This document shows, in pieces, positions 40,904 to 50,927 of a stretch of 64,000 bases of DNA (its first letter is position 1; the number at the start of each line of letters is the position of its first letter). The DNA is from an uncultured Methylomirabilota bacterium (lineage in GTDB: Bacteria > Methylomirabilota > Methylomirabilia > Methylomirabilales > 2-02-FULL-66-22). The position numbers and the translations under genes were made by a program. The stretch covers positions 1,664,001-1,728,000 of the forward strand of contig CAWJSJ010000002.1 in assembly GCA_963845565.1 (NCBI GenBank), written 5' to 3'. Under the pieces are notes generated by a model that was not told the DNA's origin, ran no database searches, and saw nothing but the letters and a program-made list of their open reading frames with translations.

Positions 40904-41218
40904 ATGGCGGTTGTAGCGACCCGATACGAACATATCGTGTTAGATGAGAGCGGCGCCCCTGCGATCGGGGGTACGACGATGAAGGTCGTTGAGTTGGTTG
41001 CCGAGAGGCTCGGCTATGGCTGGAGTCCGGAGGAACTGTACTTTCAGCACCCGCACCTGTCCATGGCGAAGATCCACTCTGCGCTCGCGTATTATTTCGA
41101 TCATCAGGAAGAGTTGGACAACGACGTCGAGCGGCGCTTGCTAGAGTCGGAACAGATCCGAAAACAAATCCCTCCGTCGCGTCTTCAGGCGCGTTTGGCC
41201 CGTGTCCGGACACTCTGA
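40904..41218 (+). CDS. DUF433 antitoxin-like protein
   Basis: PAIGGTTMKV, GWSPEEL, HPHLSMAKIHSALAYY. Confidence 0.88.
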   Translation: MAVVATRYEHIVLDESGAPAIGGTTMKVVELVAERLGYGWSPEELYFQHPHLSMAKIHSALAYYFDHQEELDNDVERRLLESEQIRKQIPPSRLQARLARVRTL

Positions 41219-41565
41219 TGGCATTGCAGTTTTTCTTCGACCAGCATGTCCCGCGCGCCATTGCGCTCGGCTTGCGCTTGAGGGGTGTCGATGTTGTGAC
41301 CGCTGCGGAGGACGGAGCTGCCGAATTGGATGACCCGGCGCTGATGGATCGCGCCTCAGACCTTGGGCGAGTCCTTGTATCCTTTGACAGCGACTTGCTG
41401 GCCGAGGCCAATCGTCGGCAACAAACCAATCGGCATTTCTTTGGATTCGTGTTCGCCCATCCGCTTCGGGTGCCTGTTGGGGTGTGTGTCAACGATCTGG
41501 AGTTGATTGCGAAATTGGGCACACCAGAGGAAATTCGCAACTCCGTCCTGTACCTCCCACTCTGA
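41218..41565 (+). CDS. DUF5615 PIN-like toxin
   Basis: FFFDQHVP, LRLRGVDV, D..LM..A...GRVLVSFDSD; TGATG coupling. Confidence 0.88.
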   Translation: MALQFFFDQHVPRAIALGLRLRGVDVVTAAEDGAAELDDPALMDRASDLGRVLVSFDSDLLAEANRRQQTNRHFFGFVFAHPLRVPVGVCVNDLELIAKLGTPEEIRNSVLYLPL

Positions 41566-41638
41566 TTTGCTTCGTTTGGCGCCTACACCAGTACGGTGCT
41601 GCGATCGATTCGCCTATGTGGAGAATGATCCGAGAAAG

Positions 41639-42496
41639 ATGTTTGCGAAAGTCCGCACCTATCTGGAGATGATCCGGTTCTCCCATACCGTCTTCGCGCT
41701 TCCCTTTGCCTTTATGGGAGCGATCCTGGCGGCGGGCGGGATTCCCTCGAGCCGGACGCTCTGGTGGATCCTGGTGGCCATGGTGGGGGCGCGGAGCGGC
41801 GCCATGGGAATGAACCGGATCGCCGACCGGCGCCTGGACGCGCTCAATCCTCGAACGCGCGAACGGGCACTGCCCAGCGGCCAGATCGGCCTCGGCGGAG
41901 CCATCGTCTTCGTCGCGGCGGCGTTCGTCGTCTTCCTGGTGGCGGCGTGGATGTTGAATCCACTCTGTTTCGCGCTGGCGCCGGTCGCGGTCCTGATTGT
42001 CTGTGGGTACTCCTACACGAAACGATTCACCACGGGCTCCCACCTGATACTGGGGCTGTCCCTGGCGCTGGCCCCCATCGGCGCCTGGATCGCGGTCCGG
42101 GGAGAGATCGGCGCACCTGCGCTGGTTCTCGGGCTGGGGGTCCTGTTCTGGGTGGCCGGCTTCGACATCGTGTACGCCTTCCAGGACGTCGACTTCGATC
42201 GCCGAGCCGGCCTCTTCTCGATTCCCGCGTGGCTCGGGACGGCCAAAGGCTTGATGATCGCCGGGATCTTCCACGCCCTGACGGTCTGCTGCCTCGCCCT
42301 GCTGATTCCCCTGCTTCGGCTGGGGCCCATCTACGGGATCGGCCTCCTGTGTGCCGCAGGTCTGCTCCTCTACGAGCACGGCCTCGTGCACCGCCACGGC
42401 CTGGCCAAGCTGGACATGGCTTTCTTCAACGTGAACGGCGTCCTGAGCATCGGGATGTTTCTGGCCACCGCGTTGGATGTTCTTCTCGTCAATTGA
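41639..42496 (+). CDS. UbiA-family prenyltransferase (MqnP-like)
   Basis: FSHTVFALPFA, NRIADRRLDALNPRT, YSYTKRFT, FDIVYAFQD. Confidence 0.9.
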   Translation: MFAKVRTYLEMIRFSHTVFALPFAFMGAILAAGGIPSSRTLWWILVAMVGARSGAMGMNRIADRRLDALNPRTRERALPSGQIGLGGAIVFVAAAFVVFLVAAWMLNPLCFALAPVAVLIVCGYSYTKRFTTGSHLILGLSLALAPIGAWIAVRGEIGAPALVLGLGVLFWVAGFDIVYAFQDVDFDRRAGLFSIPAWLGTAKGLMIAGIFHALTVCCLALLIPLLRLGPIYGIGLLCAAGLLLYEHGLVHRHGLAKLDMAFFNVNGVLSIGMFLATALDVLLVN

Positions 42497-42587
42497 AACG
42501 GCCGATCCTGATGGCTCGGGATCGGCTCGTGCGGCACACCGCTTCTGAGTTGCATTCTAACTGGATGCGGAATAACCCGCTTCTCCC

Positions 42588-42750
42588 CAGGCTGCGCAAA
42601 AAGGTCCAGATGCCAGGCGGCGGGCAAAGAGCGGGGTACCCACCGAAGGTGGGTCAAGGCGTACTCCAGGTACGCCGCAACGAGCGCCCGGGCACGCGGG
42701 GTACCCGTCCGGAGGATGGGTCCCCGCAGGTGGGCCTTTTTCGGCAGCCT
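42588..42750 (-). mobile_element. MITE-like element family A, copy 2 (reverse), carrying two REP-like hairpins
   Basis: CAGGCTGCGCAAAAAGGTCCAGATGC...GGGCCTTTTTCGGCAGCCT is the reverse complement of the copy 1 and 3 ends. Confidence 0.75.
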
Positions 42751-42751
42751 T

Positions 42752-43264
42752 CTAAAACGGCGCGAAGTTGCCCTGGCTCCAGAAGTCGGCACGGATGGCG
42801 GTGTAGAGGCTGTTGAGGGCGTCGAAATGCTGTTGCTCCCAGTCCGCGAGGAACCGGTAGAACTCCCGCACCTCCGCGCTGTCCGCGCTGTCCGCCGCCC
42901 GGTTGAAGTGGGCCATGGCGTTGGTCTCCAGCGTGAGTCCCACCGAGAGGACGCCCATCTCGAACGCGGCACCCTGGGCCTGCTCCTTGAACCGCGTCGT
43001 GAAGACGTGGTCCGTGAGTCCGCTGAGATTCACGGCCGGCTTGGCCACGGCGAAGGCGGCCGCGCCCTCGGTGCCATACCGCTGGCCGACGCCCTTCAGG
43101 TAGGCTTGGTGTTGCACTTCGTCATGGGCCAACTTCTCGAACAGCTCCTTCACGGCGGGCTTGGTCGCCTGTTTCGCGGTCATGGCGTAGAAGGTGTAAC
43201 CGTCCACCTCGATCTGGTAGGCTTTCCGGAGAATCTCCAGGATCTGCGCGCGCGCCTCTGCCAT
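42752..43264 (-). CDS. Ferritin-like / rubrerythrin-family diiron protein
   Basis: E..G..FY, EKLAHDEVQH, E..A, LADWEQQH; ends FAPF. Confidence 0.88.
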   Translation of the reverse strand: MAEARAQILEILRKAYQIEVDGYTFYAMTAKQATKPAVKELFEKLAHDEVQHQAYLKGVGQRYGTEGAAAFAVAKPAVNLSGLTDHVFTTRFKEQAQGAAFEMGVLSVGLTLETNAMAHFNRAADSADSAEVREFYRFLADWEQQHFDALNSLYTAIRADFWSQGNFAPF

Positions 43265-43289
43265 CGTCGTTCTCCCGCGGTGGTTCGCC

Positions 43290-44354
43290 TCAGGCCTCCC
43301 GGCCGACCAACTTGAGCCCTGCAGCCACCAATTCCTCCGGTGCCATGATCATTCCGCCCACCCGGCCATAGAAGGTGACGGATTGTCTATCCGCCACGTG
43401 GTACCGTACGTCCTCCAGCATCTGCCCACAGGACAACTCGGAGACCAGGACGTGCTTGGCTCTTGCCGCGGCTTGTGCGAGCGCGTCGCCCGGATACGGG
43501 AACAGCGAGATAGGGCGGAACAGTCCCGCCTTCACCCCCCGCTCCCTCAGGGCGTCGATGGCGGTCTTGCAGATGCGGGCGACGGTGCCGTAGGCCACGA
43601 AGAGGATATCCACATCGCCGTCCAGGCCCCAGGCCTCGTGGCGGCAGTCGTGCTGCGCCATCGCGTCGTATTTCCGCTGCAGCTTCCAGTTGTGCGCCTC
43701 CAGGGCTTCGGGGGCCAAGTGCAGCGAGTTGATGATGTTGGGTGCGCGCCCCTTGGCGCCGGTCGTGGCCCAGGACTTGGGTGGGAGATCCTCCGGCCGG
43801 ATGGAGCGCTTGAACTCCACGGGCTCCATCATCTGGCCCATGATGCCGTCTCCGAGGATCATGACGGGATTCCGGTATTTGTCTGCCAGATCGAAGGCCT
43901 CCTGGACTAGGTCCGCCGCCTCTTGCACGGTGGACGGGGCCAGGACCAGGCAGCGGTAGTCGCCATGGCCGCCACCCTTGACCGCCTGGAAATAGTCTGA
44001 CTGCGAAGGCAGGATGCCGCCGAGGCCCGGGCCGCCGCGCATGATGTTGACGAAGACGACGGGCAGCTCCGCGCCGGCGATATAGGAGATCCCCTCCTGC
44101 ATCAAGCTGATGCCGGGCCCGGAGGAGGAGGTGAAGCAACGGCATCCTGCCCCGGCGGCGCCATAGAGCATGTTGCTGGCCGCCACCTCGCTTTCCGCCT
44201 GCACGTAGGTCCCACCCACCTGGGGCAAGCGCGCGGCGAGGTATTCCGGGATCTCGTTCTGGGGTGTGATGGGATAGCCGAAGAAAAGCCGGCAGCCCGC
44301 TTGGACCGCGGCCTCTCCGATCGCCTCGCAGCCTTTCATGAGCTTCTTGGCCAT
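43290..44354 (-). CDS. vorB: 2-oxoacid:ferredoxin oxidoreductase alpha subunit (2-oxoisovalerate/VorB-like)
   Basis: FGYPITPQNE, QAESEVAA, TSSSGPG, RGGPGLG, KGGGHGDY. Confidence 0.88.
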   Translation of the reverse strand: MAKKLMKGCEAIGEAAVQAGCRLFFGYPITPQNEIPEYLAARLPQVGGTYVQAESEVAASNMLYGAAGAGCRCFTSSSGPGISLMQEGISYIAGAELPVVFVNIMRGGPGLGGILPSQSDYFQAVKGGGHGDYRCLVLAPSTVQEAADLVQEAFDLADKYRNPVMILGDGIMGQMMEPVEFKRSIRPEDLPPKSWATTGAKGRAPNIINSLHLAPEALEAHNWKLQRKYDAMAQHDCRHEAWGLDGDVDILFVAYGTVARICKTAIDALRERGVKAGLFRPISLFPYPGDALAQAAARAKHVLVSELSCGQMLEDVRYHVADRQSVTFYGRVGGMIMAPEELVAAGLKLVGREA

Positions 44355-44364
44355 GGAGTGCTCC

Positions 44365-44922
44365 TCAGCGCACGGCGGCGGCCGTCTTGGCTTGCCCGAG
44401 GGCGAAGCCGCGGGACAGGGCCGCGTGGTTAATCTCGATCAGCTTGGGTTTGGCGGCGAACGATTCGGTCACGATGGCCTTGACCTGGTCCAGGTCCACC
44501 ATGCTGCTGGCGCCCAGGTATGCGCCCAGCGTCACCATGTTGGCGGCTTTGGGGCTGCCGCATTCGATGGCCACTTCGTTGGCCGGGACCGCCACGACCG
44601 TCACGTCGGTTCGATGGGGCAGGCGATTGATCAGCGAGGTGTTGACCACGATGACGCCGCCCGGCCGCACCGTGTCCTCGAACTTGTCCAGGGAGGGAAG
44701 GTTCAGGGCGATGAGACCGTGCGGCGACTTGCTGATGGGGGACCCGATGGGCCGGTCGGAGAGCACCACCGTGCAGTTGCAGGTCCCGCCCCGCATCTCT
44801 GGACCGTAGGCGGGCATCCAGGTGACCTCGCGGCCCATCTTCATGCCGGCATACGCGAGCAGCTTGCCGATGAGCAGCACGCCCTGGCCGCCAAAGCCCG
44901 CAAGAATGATCTCGGTATGCAT
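44365..44922 (-). CDS. 2-oxoacid:ferredoxin oxidoreductase gamma subunit
   Basis: AGFGGQG, YGPEMRGG, ANMVTLGA. Confidence 0.9.
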   Translation of the reverse strand: MHTEIILAGFGGQGVLLIGKLLAYAGMKMGREVTWMPAYGPEMRGGTCNCTVVLSDRPIGSPISKSPHGLIALNLPSLDKFEDTVRPGGVIVVNTSLINRLPHRTDVTVVAVPANEVAIECGSPKAANMVTLGAYLGASSMVDLDQVKAIVTESFAAKPKLIEINHAALSRGFALGQAKTAAAVR

Positions 44923-44924
44923 GA

Positions 44925-45890
44925 CTATCGCTCCGTTTCCTTGACCACACCCTGCTCAGGGTTCTTGAACTCCCCCAGGGGGTAATACGGGATCATGTGC
45001 TCCGCCAGCCAGCCACAGGCCTCGTGGGGCATGAGGCCCCAGCCGGTGGGGCAGGTGGAGAGGATCTCGATCAACGAGAAACAGGTGCCTTTTACCTGGT
45101 GCTGGAAAGCGGTGCGGATGGCCTTCCGGGCCTGGAGGGTGGCCTTGGCGTCATGGACCGACACGCGCGCCAGATAGGCCGGGGTCTTGAGCTCCTTGAG
45201 GAGTTCCACCACCCGGATGGGATACCCGGCCAGGGCCACGTCCCGGCCGAGCGGGCTGGTGGACGCCACCTGGCCCGGCAGCGTGGTCGGAGCCATCTGC
45301 CCCCCCGTCATGCCGTAGATGGCGTTGTTCACGAAGATGACCGTGACCTTTTCGCCCCGGTTGGCGGTGTGAATCGTCTCGGCCATGCCGATGGACGCCA
45401 GGTCGCCGTCCCCTTGATAGGTGAATACGATCAACTCAGGCCGACCCCGCTTGATGCCGGTGGCCACGGCCATGGCTCGGCCGTGCGCCGCCTCGTGCAT
45501 GTCGCAGTTGAAGTACTCGTAGGCCAGGACGCCGCAACCCACCGGTGCTACGCCCACCGTGCGCTCCCGGACGCCGAGGGCGTCGATCGCCTCGGCCACC
45601 AGCCGGTGGATCACGCCGTGGGTGCAGCCCGGGCAATAGTGCATGGGGAGATCGTTGAGCGCCTCGGGCCGGTCCGTGGTCTTGCCCTTCACCTCCACCT
45701 GGACGGCCACATCCGGGCAAACGAGGGCGCAGTGGAGGCACCCGTTGCAGTCGTCCGGGTGCTCCACCATGGGGTAAAAGTACCCCTTGGCGTTGATCTC
45801 CTGGGTCATGGCCAGCACATGGGAGGGGCAGGCGCTCACGCACAGCCCGCACCCTTTGCACCGGTCCTTCTCCACGAGCACGGTCGGCAT
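44925..45890 (-). CDS. Fused 2x[4Fe-4S] ferredoxin (delta) + TPP-binding beta subunit
   Basis: [12 protein letters not shown] and [12 protein letters not shown], then [28 protein letters not shown]. Confidence 0.9.
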   Translation of the reverse strand: MPTVLVEKDRCKGCGLCVSACPSHVLAMTQEINAKGYFYPMVEHPDDCNGCLHCALVCPDVAVQVEVKGKTTDRPEALNDLPMHYCPGCTHGVIHRLVAEAIDALGVRERTVGVAPVGCGVLAYEYFNCDMHEAAHGRAMAVATGIKRGRPELIVFTYQGDGDLASIGMAETIHTANRGEKVTVIFVNNAIYGMTGGQMAPTTLPGQVASTSPLGRDVALAGYPIRVVELLKELKTPAYLARVSVHDAKATLQARKAIRTAFQHQVKGTCFSLIEILSTCPTGWGLMPHEACGWLAEHMIPYYPLGEFKNPEQGVVKETER

Positions 45891-45915
45891 GCCAGACTCC
45901 TTTCTTGCCCTCGCC

Positions 45916-46020
45916 TTAGGAGCCGTTACGAAATAACCTATACATCTCTTTCTATTTCGTTACGGCTCCTTATGCCGTTTCGGAATGTCTCCGCTCAATA
46001 TATTCTTTGACAACGGCTTA
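45916..46020. mobile_element. MITE-like element family B, copy 2
   Basis: Nearly identical to 37988-38092. Confidence 0.8.
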
Positions 46021-46797
46021 TACGACCGTCGAGCTCCGGCGCACCCCGCGTAGCCTGGGCGCGAACGGGGCCACGATGTGTCGCTCCATTACCAGGATCG
46101 GCAGTCGGTCCGCCGTTCCGTCCGGCCCGCCGAACGCCTCGGCCAGGCTGCGCTGCATGGCACAGAACCGGATCGGGATACCGGTGGCCGCCTCCAGGTC
46201 TCGCGCGGACCGGATGCCCGCCCGGACGATCTCGGGTGTGGTTTCGTCCATCAGGTGGGTGTTGGCCACCAAGCCGGTCACCTCCAGGCGCGCCGCGGTC
46301 TCGACTTCTCGGAGCATGGTCCGCATGGCGGACACATCTTCGGCAAACGGCCGGTTGGCGTTCACCACGAACAGCATGTCCGCGGCGTCGCGATCCACCA
46401 GGCCGGACATACTCCCCAGCACCCGGGCCCCCAGATCATCGCCCCCCACATCGAGGATGGTCCGGGTGTCCGAGCCGCCGCCGTTCCGCACGGCCGTCCG
46501 CGCCTCGGGGACCAGGATGGGCAAGTCGGCAAAGAACCGGTCGCCAGCGGGGGCGACCAGCCGAATTCCGCGAGCCTCCAAGTCGTCCTTCGCGAGCCGA
46601 CACCGGAAGTACGGCTTCACGAGGTCGAGGTCGATCACTGTGACCTCGGCCCCATTCTTCCGCAGGCCGAAGGCCAGGTTGATCGCGATCTCGGTCTTGC
46701 CGCTGCCGAAGTGACCGACAAGGATGGTCACCGGGCGCGTCAATGCATCGAGGGCCAGACCCTCCGTCGTCGAGCCGGGCACGCTACGGGTATCCAC
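46018..46797 (-). CDS. P-loop NTPase associated with vor-type operons
   Basis: GHFGSGKTEIA, DLDLVKPYFR, DVGGDDLGA, NANRP, NTHL. Confidence 0.85.
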   Translation of the reverse strand: MDTRSVPGSTTEGLALDALTRPVTILVGHFGSGKTEIAINLAFGLRKNGAEVTVIDLDLVKPYFRCRLAKDDLEARGIRLVAPAGDRFFADLPILVPEARTAVRNGGGSDTRTILDVGGDDLGARVLGSMSGLVDRDAADMLFVVNANRPFAEDVSAMRTMLREVETAARLEVTGLVANTHLMDETTPEIVRAGIRSARDLEAATGIPIRFCAMQRSLAEAFGGPDGTADRLPILVMERHIVAPFAPRLRGVRRSSTVV

Positions 46798-47015
46798 CGT
46801 CCCCGCACCTCCTGCGCCGCCGTGCGGCCGCGACGGCCATCAGGTTGGGATTGTGGAACTGAGAACCGTTGCGGCTTTCTCGTCCGAACATAGGACGGCT
46901 CCCGCGTGAAGTCAAGCGGGGCATAGGGAAACTCAGGCCGACAGGACATCTTATGCGAGGAGCGGAGAGCGCAGGCGTCGCCCGAACGGCGCGCGAGACG
47001 TTGACAGGCACGGGC

Positions 47016-47420
47016 CTACTCCTCGGTCGCGCCGGCGCCGAAGAAATTGGCGTCCCCGTAGATCTCGGCGTGGTCGCCATAGGACCGAACCTTTTCTTTG
47101 GTGACGAAGTAGGTGGCGTGCTCGCCGTATTTGCGGGAGAAGTGGAGGTGACCCCTGGTCCCGTCCTCCAGCCGGAAACCGAGCTCGGCCAAGTGGGTAT
47201 TGACGGCGCTTCGGAGGTTCATCCCACAGGCCGGGCAAAAGAAATCCACCTCGTCGCCGGGTCGGAGCGTCACGTCATCGGGGAGGATGACCCGGTAGTT
47301 GCCGGGCTGCGGGCTGAACAGAATCAGGCTGCGCCGTTTTCCCTTCGCCATGGCGAGGATGAGCTTCACGTTCGGGTTGAGCGTCGCCTGGCAGTCGGGG
47401 CAGAAGTACGTGCGCTTCAT
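47016..47420 (-). CDS. Hypothetical protein with two CxxC motifs
   Basis: FCPDC...FFCPAC, FSRKYGEHATY; GAGG RBS. Confidence 0.8.
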   Translation of the reverse strand: MKRTYFCPDCQATLNPNVKLILAMAKGKRRSLILFSPQPGNYRVILPDDVTLRPGDEVDFFCPACGMNLRSAVNTHLAELGFRLEDGTRGHLHFSRKYGEHATYFVTKEKVRSYGDHAEIYGDANFFGAGATEE

Positions 47421-47572
47421 CGCCGGCCTCGCTTTCGCAAACAGGCGGATCCCGTGGGGACATCACGATCTCAAAAAGAGGCGGCGTGTCGAAGAGCCGC
47501 TGTTGCGGAGCGTTCCGCGCAGCCGGTCTCGTTGGGGGAGACCGGCTGCGCGGCGTCCGTCGCACCGAAGGC

Positions 47573-48637
47573 CTACTTCGGATCGAGCTTCTGGATGATT
47601 CGGCGGTAGTTCAGTCGTTCTCGCAGGAGTTCCTGGGCACGGCGAACCTTGGGGGCCTCCCGGATCCGGATCCGGCCCAGAACCGCCTCCAGCTTCTCCA
47701 CCGTTGCCAAGGTGTCATGGGACACCACGACGATCGGGACGCCTGCCTCGCGCGCGCGGGCAATGATGATCTGGTTGGGCATCTGGTCGCCCGTCAGCAC
47801 CAGGCATCGGGTGGAGGTCTCCAGGGCGGCGAGTTGAATGTCGACGCGGTTCCCGCCGGTGATGACCGCCTTGTTGGGGAGCCGCTGGAAATATCCCAGC
47901 GCCGCGCCGGTGTCCATGGCGCCGACGCTGAACCGCTCCACGAACTCGTCCAGGGCCTTTTCGCCGCAGATCACCCTCCCGTCAAGAATCTCGACCATTT
48001 GCCGGACGGTGACGGCGTCCAGCAGGCGATCCAGGGGGATCACGCCCAGGACTTCGATCCCCTTGGACGCCAGGAAGGGGACGATAACCTGTTCCGCCTC
48101 CGGCAGGCCCTGGGGCGTCACCCGGTTCAGGACGACCCCCATGAGCATGTCGCCGAGAATCTCCCGGGCCATCAGGATGTCGTCGACGCAGGTCTCGTTC
48201 TGGTGCGGGTCCACCAGGAGGACCGGGGCCTTGAATTCCTTGATCAGTCCGACGGTCGGAACACCCAGGAATCCGCCATCGGCAAGGGTGCCCGCCCCGC
48301 CCATCAGGAGCACGTCTTTGCCGGCCGAGACGGCCTCGAAGGCCTTCTGAATACGCGACCGGGTATCGGTGACCTCGCCTCGGAGCGCTCGAAAAAAGAG
48401 GTCCTGCGTCACCACCACGGGGCAGATCTGCTCGAGCGGCTCGGCGAGGTGGAGTGCCTCTTTCAAGAACTGGGCGTCGGCGTCGACCACCTTGCCGCCG
48501 ACCGTGGTCGGTTGCTTCCCCAGCGGTTTGAAGAAGCCCACCTTGTAGCCGTTGTCCTGCAACGCCGGCGCGAGTCCGATGGTGATCATCGTCTTGCCCG
48601 AGTTTCCAACCGTCGATCCGATGAACAGGGTCCGCAT
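47573..48637 (-). CDS. BioD-like/DRTGG protein (phosphotransacetylase N-terminal domains only)
   Basis: SGKT, FFKPLG, ITGGNRVDIQLAAL, LVLTG; no PTA catalytic domain. Confidence 0.88.
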   Translation of the reverse strand: MRTLFIGSTVGNSGKTMITIGLAPALQDNGYKVGFFKPLGKQPTTVGGKVVDADAQFLKEALHLAEPLEQICPVVVTQDLFFRALRGEVTDTRSRIQKAFEAVSAGKDVLLMGGAGTLADGGFLGVPTVGLIKEFKAPVLLVDPHQNETCVDDILMAREILGDMLMGVVLNRVTPQGLPEAEQVIVPFLASKGIEVLGVIPLDRLLDAVTVRQMVEILDGRVICGEKALDEFVERFSVGAMDTGAALGYFQRLPNKAVITGGNRVDIQLAALETSTRCLVLTGDQMPNQIIIARAREAGVPIVVVSHDTLATVEKLEAVLGRIRIREAPKVRRAQELLRERLNYRRIIQKLDPK

Positions 48638-48699
48638 GGTGTCCCTCCCTTCGTGTGGTCGCACGATGCCGCCACTCGGAGTCGAGTGCTGCTGCTCGA

Positions 48700-50793
48700 T
48701 TAGGTGGCCAAAGCCAGCCGGGCGTCGATCGCCACGGCGCCTCCTCCTTCCGGCTTCACCAGCAGCGGGTTGACATCCAGTTCGAGGATCTCCGGGAAAT
48801 CGACACAGAGCTGGGAGAGTCGCCCCAGCGCATCCACCATGGCGGGCATGTCCGACGGCTTCTCGCCCCGGACGCCACGCAGCAGGGGGAACGACTGGAT
48901 CTCGCGGATCATGGCCTCGGCCTCGTCCGGGCCGATCGGGGCCACCCGGAACGCCACATCCTTGAGCACCTCGACATAGATGCCGCCCAGACCGAACATG
49001 AGGAGCGGCCCGAACGACGGATCGCGGGTCATCCCCAGGATGACTTCCTTGCCGCCGGCCACCATCTCCTGCACGGCGATTCCCTGGATGACCGCCGCAG
49101 GGAAGAAGCGGCGCACGCTGGCGTCGATCCCCTGAAACCCCTGGGCTACCGCATCCGCGTCCTGAAGGTTTAGCCGGACGCCACCCACGTCGGTCTTGTG
49201 CAGGATGTCCGGCGAGACGATCTTGAGGGCGACCGGGAATCCGATGCGTGCGGCCGTGGCAACCGCCTCGTCCACGGTGCGGGTCAGGACGTTCTGGGGG
49301 AGGCGAAAGCCGTAGGCCGAGATCACCTCGCGCGCCTCGCGCTCCCCGAGTTGATTCCGCCCCTGACGGCGGACCGCCTCGAAGAGCTGCGCCACCCGGG
49401 CCCGGTCCACGGAGAAGTGCTGCGGCGCCGCGGGTGCGGAGTTGAGCCAGGTCCGGTACTTGACCATGGCTTCGAAGGTCTTGACGGCCGGCTCGGGATA
49501 CGGGTACTGGGGGACGCTGTACTGCCGGAGGATGGCGCGTGCCTTGGTGAGGCTGGCCTCGCCCATGAAGGCCGTGAAGAGCGGTTTTTTTCCGGCTGCG
49601 GCAGCCTGACCGGCCGCCTCGGCGAACTTGTCGTAGTCGGTCATGGCCTGGGGTGTGCACAGGGCCAGGACGCCGTCCACGCCGGGGTCGGCCGCCACGG
49701 CGTCCAGCGCGGCCTTGTAGCGATCCTCCTTGGCGTCGCCGATGACGTCCACCGGATTATAGAGGGCCGCCGTCGGCGGCAGGGCCACCCGCAGCCGCTC
49801 CACCGTCGCCGGGCTCAGGCTGGCCATCTTCACCAGCGAGCGCTCCACGGCGTCCGCGGCGATGATCCCCGGACCGCCGGCGTTGGTCACGATGCAGAGG
49901 TTCGGCCCTTCGGGGAGGGGCTGGTAGGCGAAAGCCCGGGCGAAGTCGAACAACTCTTCGATACTGTCGGCGCGCAGCACCCCCGCCTGGCGGAAGGCCG
50001 CAGTGAAGGCCCGGTCGGACCCGGCCAGCGTGCCGGTGTGGGAAGAGGCGGCGCGCGCCCCGGCCGTGGTCCGGCCAGATTTCACGATGATCAGCGGTTT
50101 CTTCCGGCTGGCGGCTTTGGCGACTTCCATGAAGCGCTGGCCGTTCTCCACCCCCTCGACGTACCCGATCACCACCCGGGTCTCTGGGTCGGCAGCCAGG
50201 GCCTCGATGAAATCGACCTCGGAGGAGTCGGCCTTGTTTCCCAGGCTGATGAATTTGGAGAAGCCGACCTCGTTGCCGATGGCCCAGTCCAGGATGGCTG
50301 TGCAAAGGGCGCCGGACTGGGAGAAGAACCCGATCTCGCCCACCGGAGGCATCCCGGCGGCAAAGGTGGCGTTCAGGCAGCTCTTCGTGTCGATCACGCC
50401 CAGACAGTTCGGGCCGATGACCCGGATTCCCAGCTCTCGAACACGGGTGCGCAGGGCCTTCTCCAACTCGGCCCCCTCGCCGCCCACCTCTTTGAAGCCG
50501 GCCGAGATCACGATGGCGTACCGGATGCCCCTGGCGGCGCACGCCTCCAGCGCGGGGAGGCATGCCTTGGGCGGGATCACCAGGACGGCCAGGTCCGCGT
50601 CCGGCGGAAGGTCCTTGACGTCGGGATAGGAGGCGAGGCCCAGAATCTCGCTAGCCTTGGGGTTGACGGGGTAGATGGGGCCGGGGAATCCCCCCCGGAT
50701 AAGGTTCATGGTGATGCTGAAGCCGACCTTGCCCTCTTCCCGGGATGCGCCGACGACGGCAACCGCCTTGGGTTTGAAGAATCCATCCAGCAT
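48700..50793 (-). CDS. Acetate/acyl-CoA ligase (ADP-forming), fused alpha-beta
   Basis: VVGAS, IGPNCLG, SQSGA, ASSHTG phospho-His, HKTDVGGV ATP-grasp; no GNAT domain. Confidence 0.92.
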   Translation of the reverse strand: MLDGFFKPKAVAVVGASREEGKVGFSITMNLIRGGFPGPIYPVNPKASEILGLASYPDVKDLPPDADLAVLVIPPKACLPALEACAARGIRYAIVISAGFKEVGGEGAELEKALRTRVRELGIRVIGPNCLGVIDTKSCLNATFAAGMPPVGEIGFFSQSGALCTAILDWAIGNEVGFSKFISLGNKADSSEVDFIEALAADPETRVVIGYVEGVENGQRFMEVAKAASRKKPLIIVKSGRTTAGARAASSHTGTLAGSDRAFTAAFRQAGVLRADSIEELFDFARAFAYQPLPEGPNLCIVTNAGGPGIIAADAVERSLVKMASLSPATVERLRVALPPTAALYNPVDVIGDAKEDRYKAALDAVAADPGVDGVLALCTPQAMTDYDKFAEAAGQAAAAGKKPLFTAFMGEASLTKARAILRQYSVPQYPYPEPAVKTFEAMVKYRTWLNSAPAAPQHFSVDRARVAQLFEAVRRQGRNQLGEREAREVISAYGFRLPQNVLTRTVDEAVATAARIGFPVALKIVSPDILHKTDVGGVRLNLQDADAVAQGFQGIDASVRRFFPAAVIQGIAVQEMVAGGKEVILGMTRDPSFGPLLMFGLGGIYVEVLKDVAFRVAPIGPDEAEAMIREIQSFPLLRGVRGEKPSDMPAMVDALGRLSQLCVDFPEILELDVNPLLVKPEGGGAVAIDARLALAT

Positions 50794-50826
50794 AGTGTCC
50801 CCTCCGTCCTCCGATGATGGAGACGC

Positions 50827-50864
50827 AAAGTCCAGGGGTCTCCCGCGGAGTCCCCTGGACTTTT
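50827..50864. terminator. Intergenic hairpin between the CBS gene and the acyl-CoA ligase
   Basis: AAAGTCCAGGGG/CCCCTGGACTTT 12-bp stem. Confidence 0.6.
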
Positions 50865-50927
50865 CTGCGGAGCGCCGGAGCCCCCCTCCGTTGTTCGATG
50901 CGTCCCGTGCGCGCGGAATCTTCCGAC

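Noticed and set aside
48700..50793. Protein lysine acetyltransferase (Pat/YfiQ)
   Set aside because: No GNAT domain and the catalytic His (SHTG) is retained, favouring an active ADP-forming ligase
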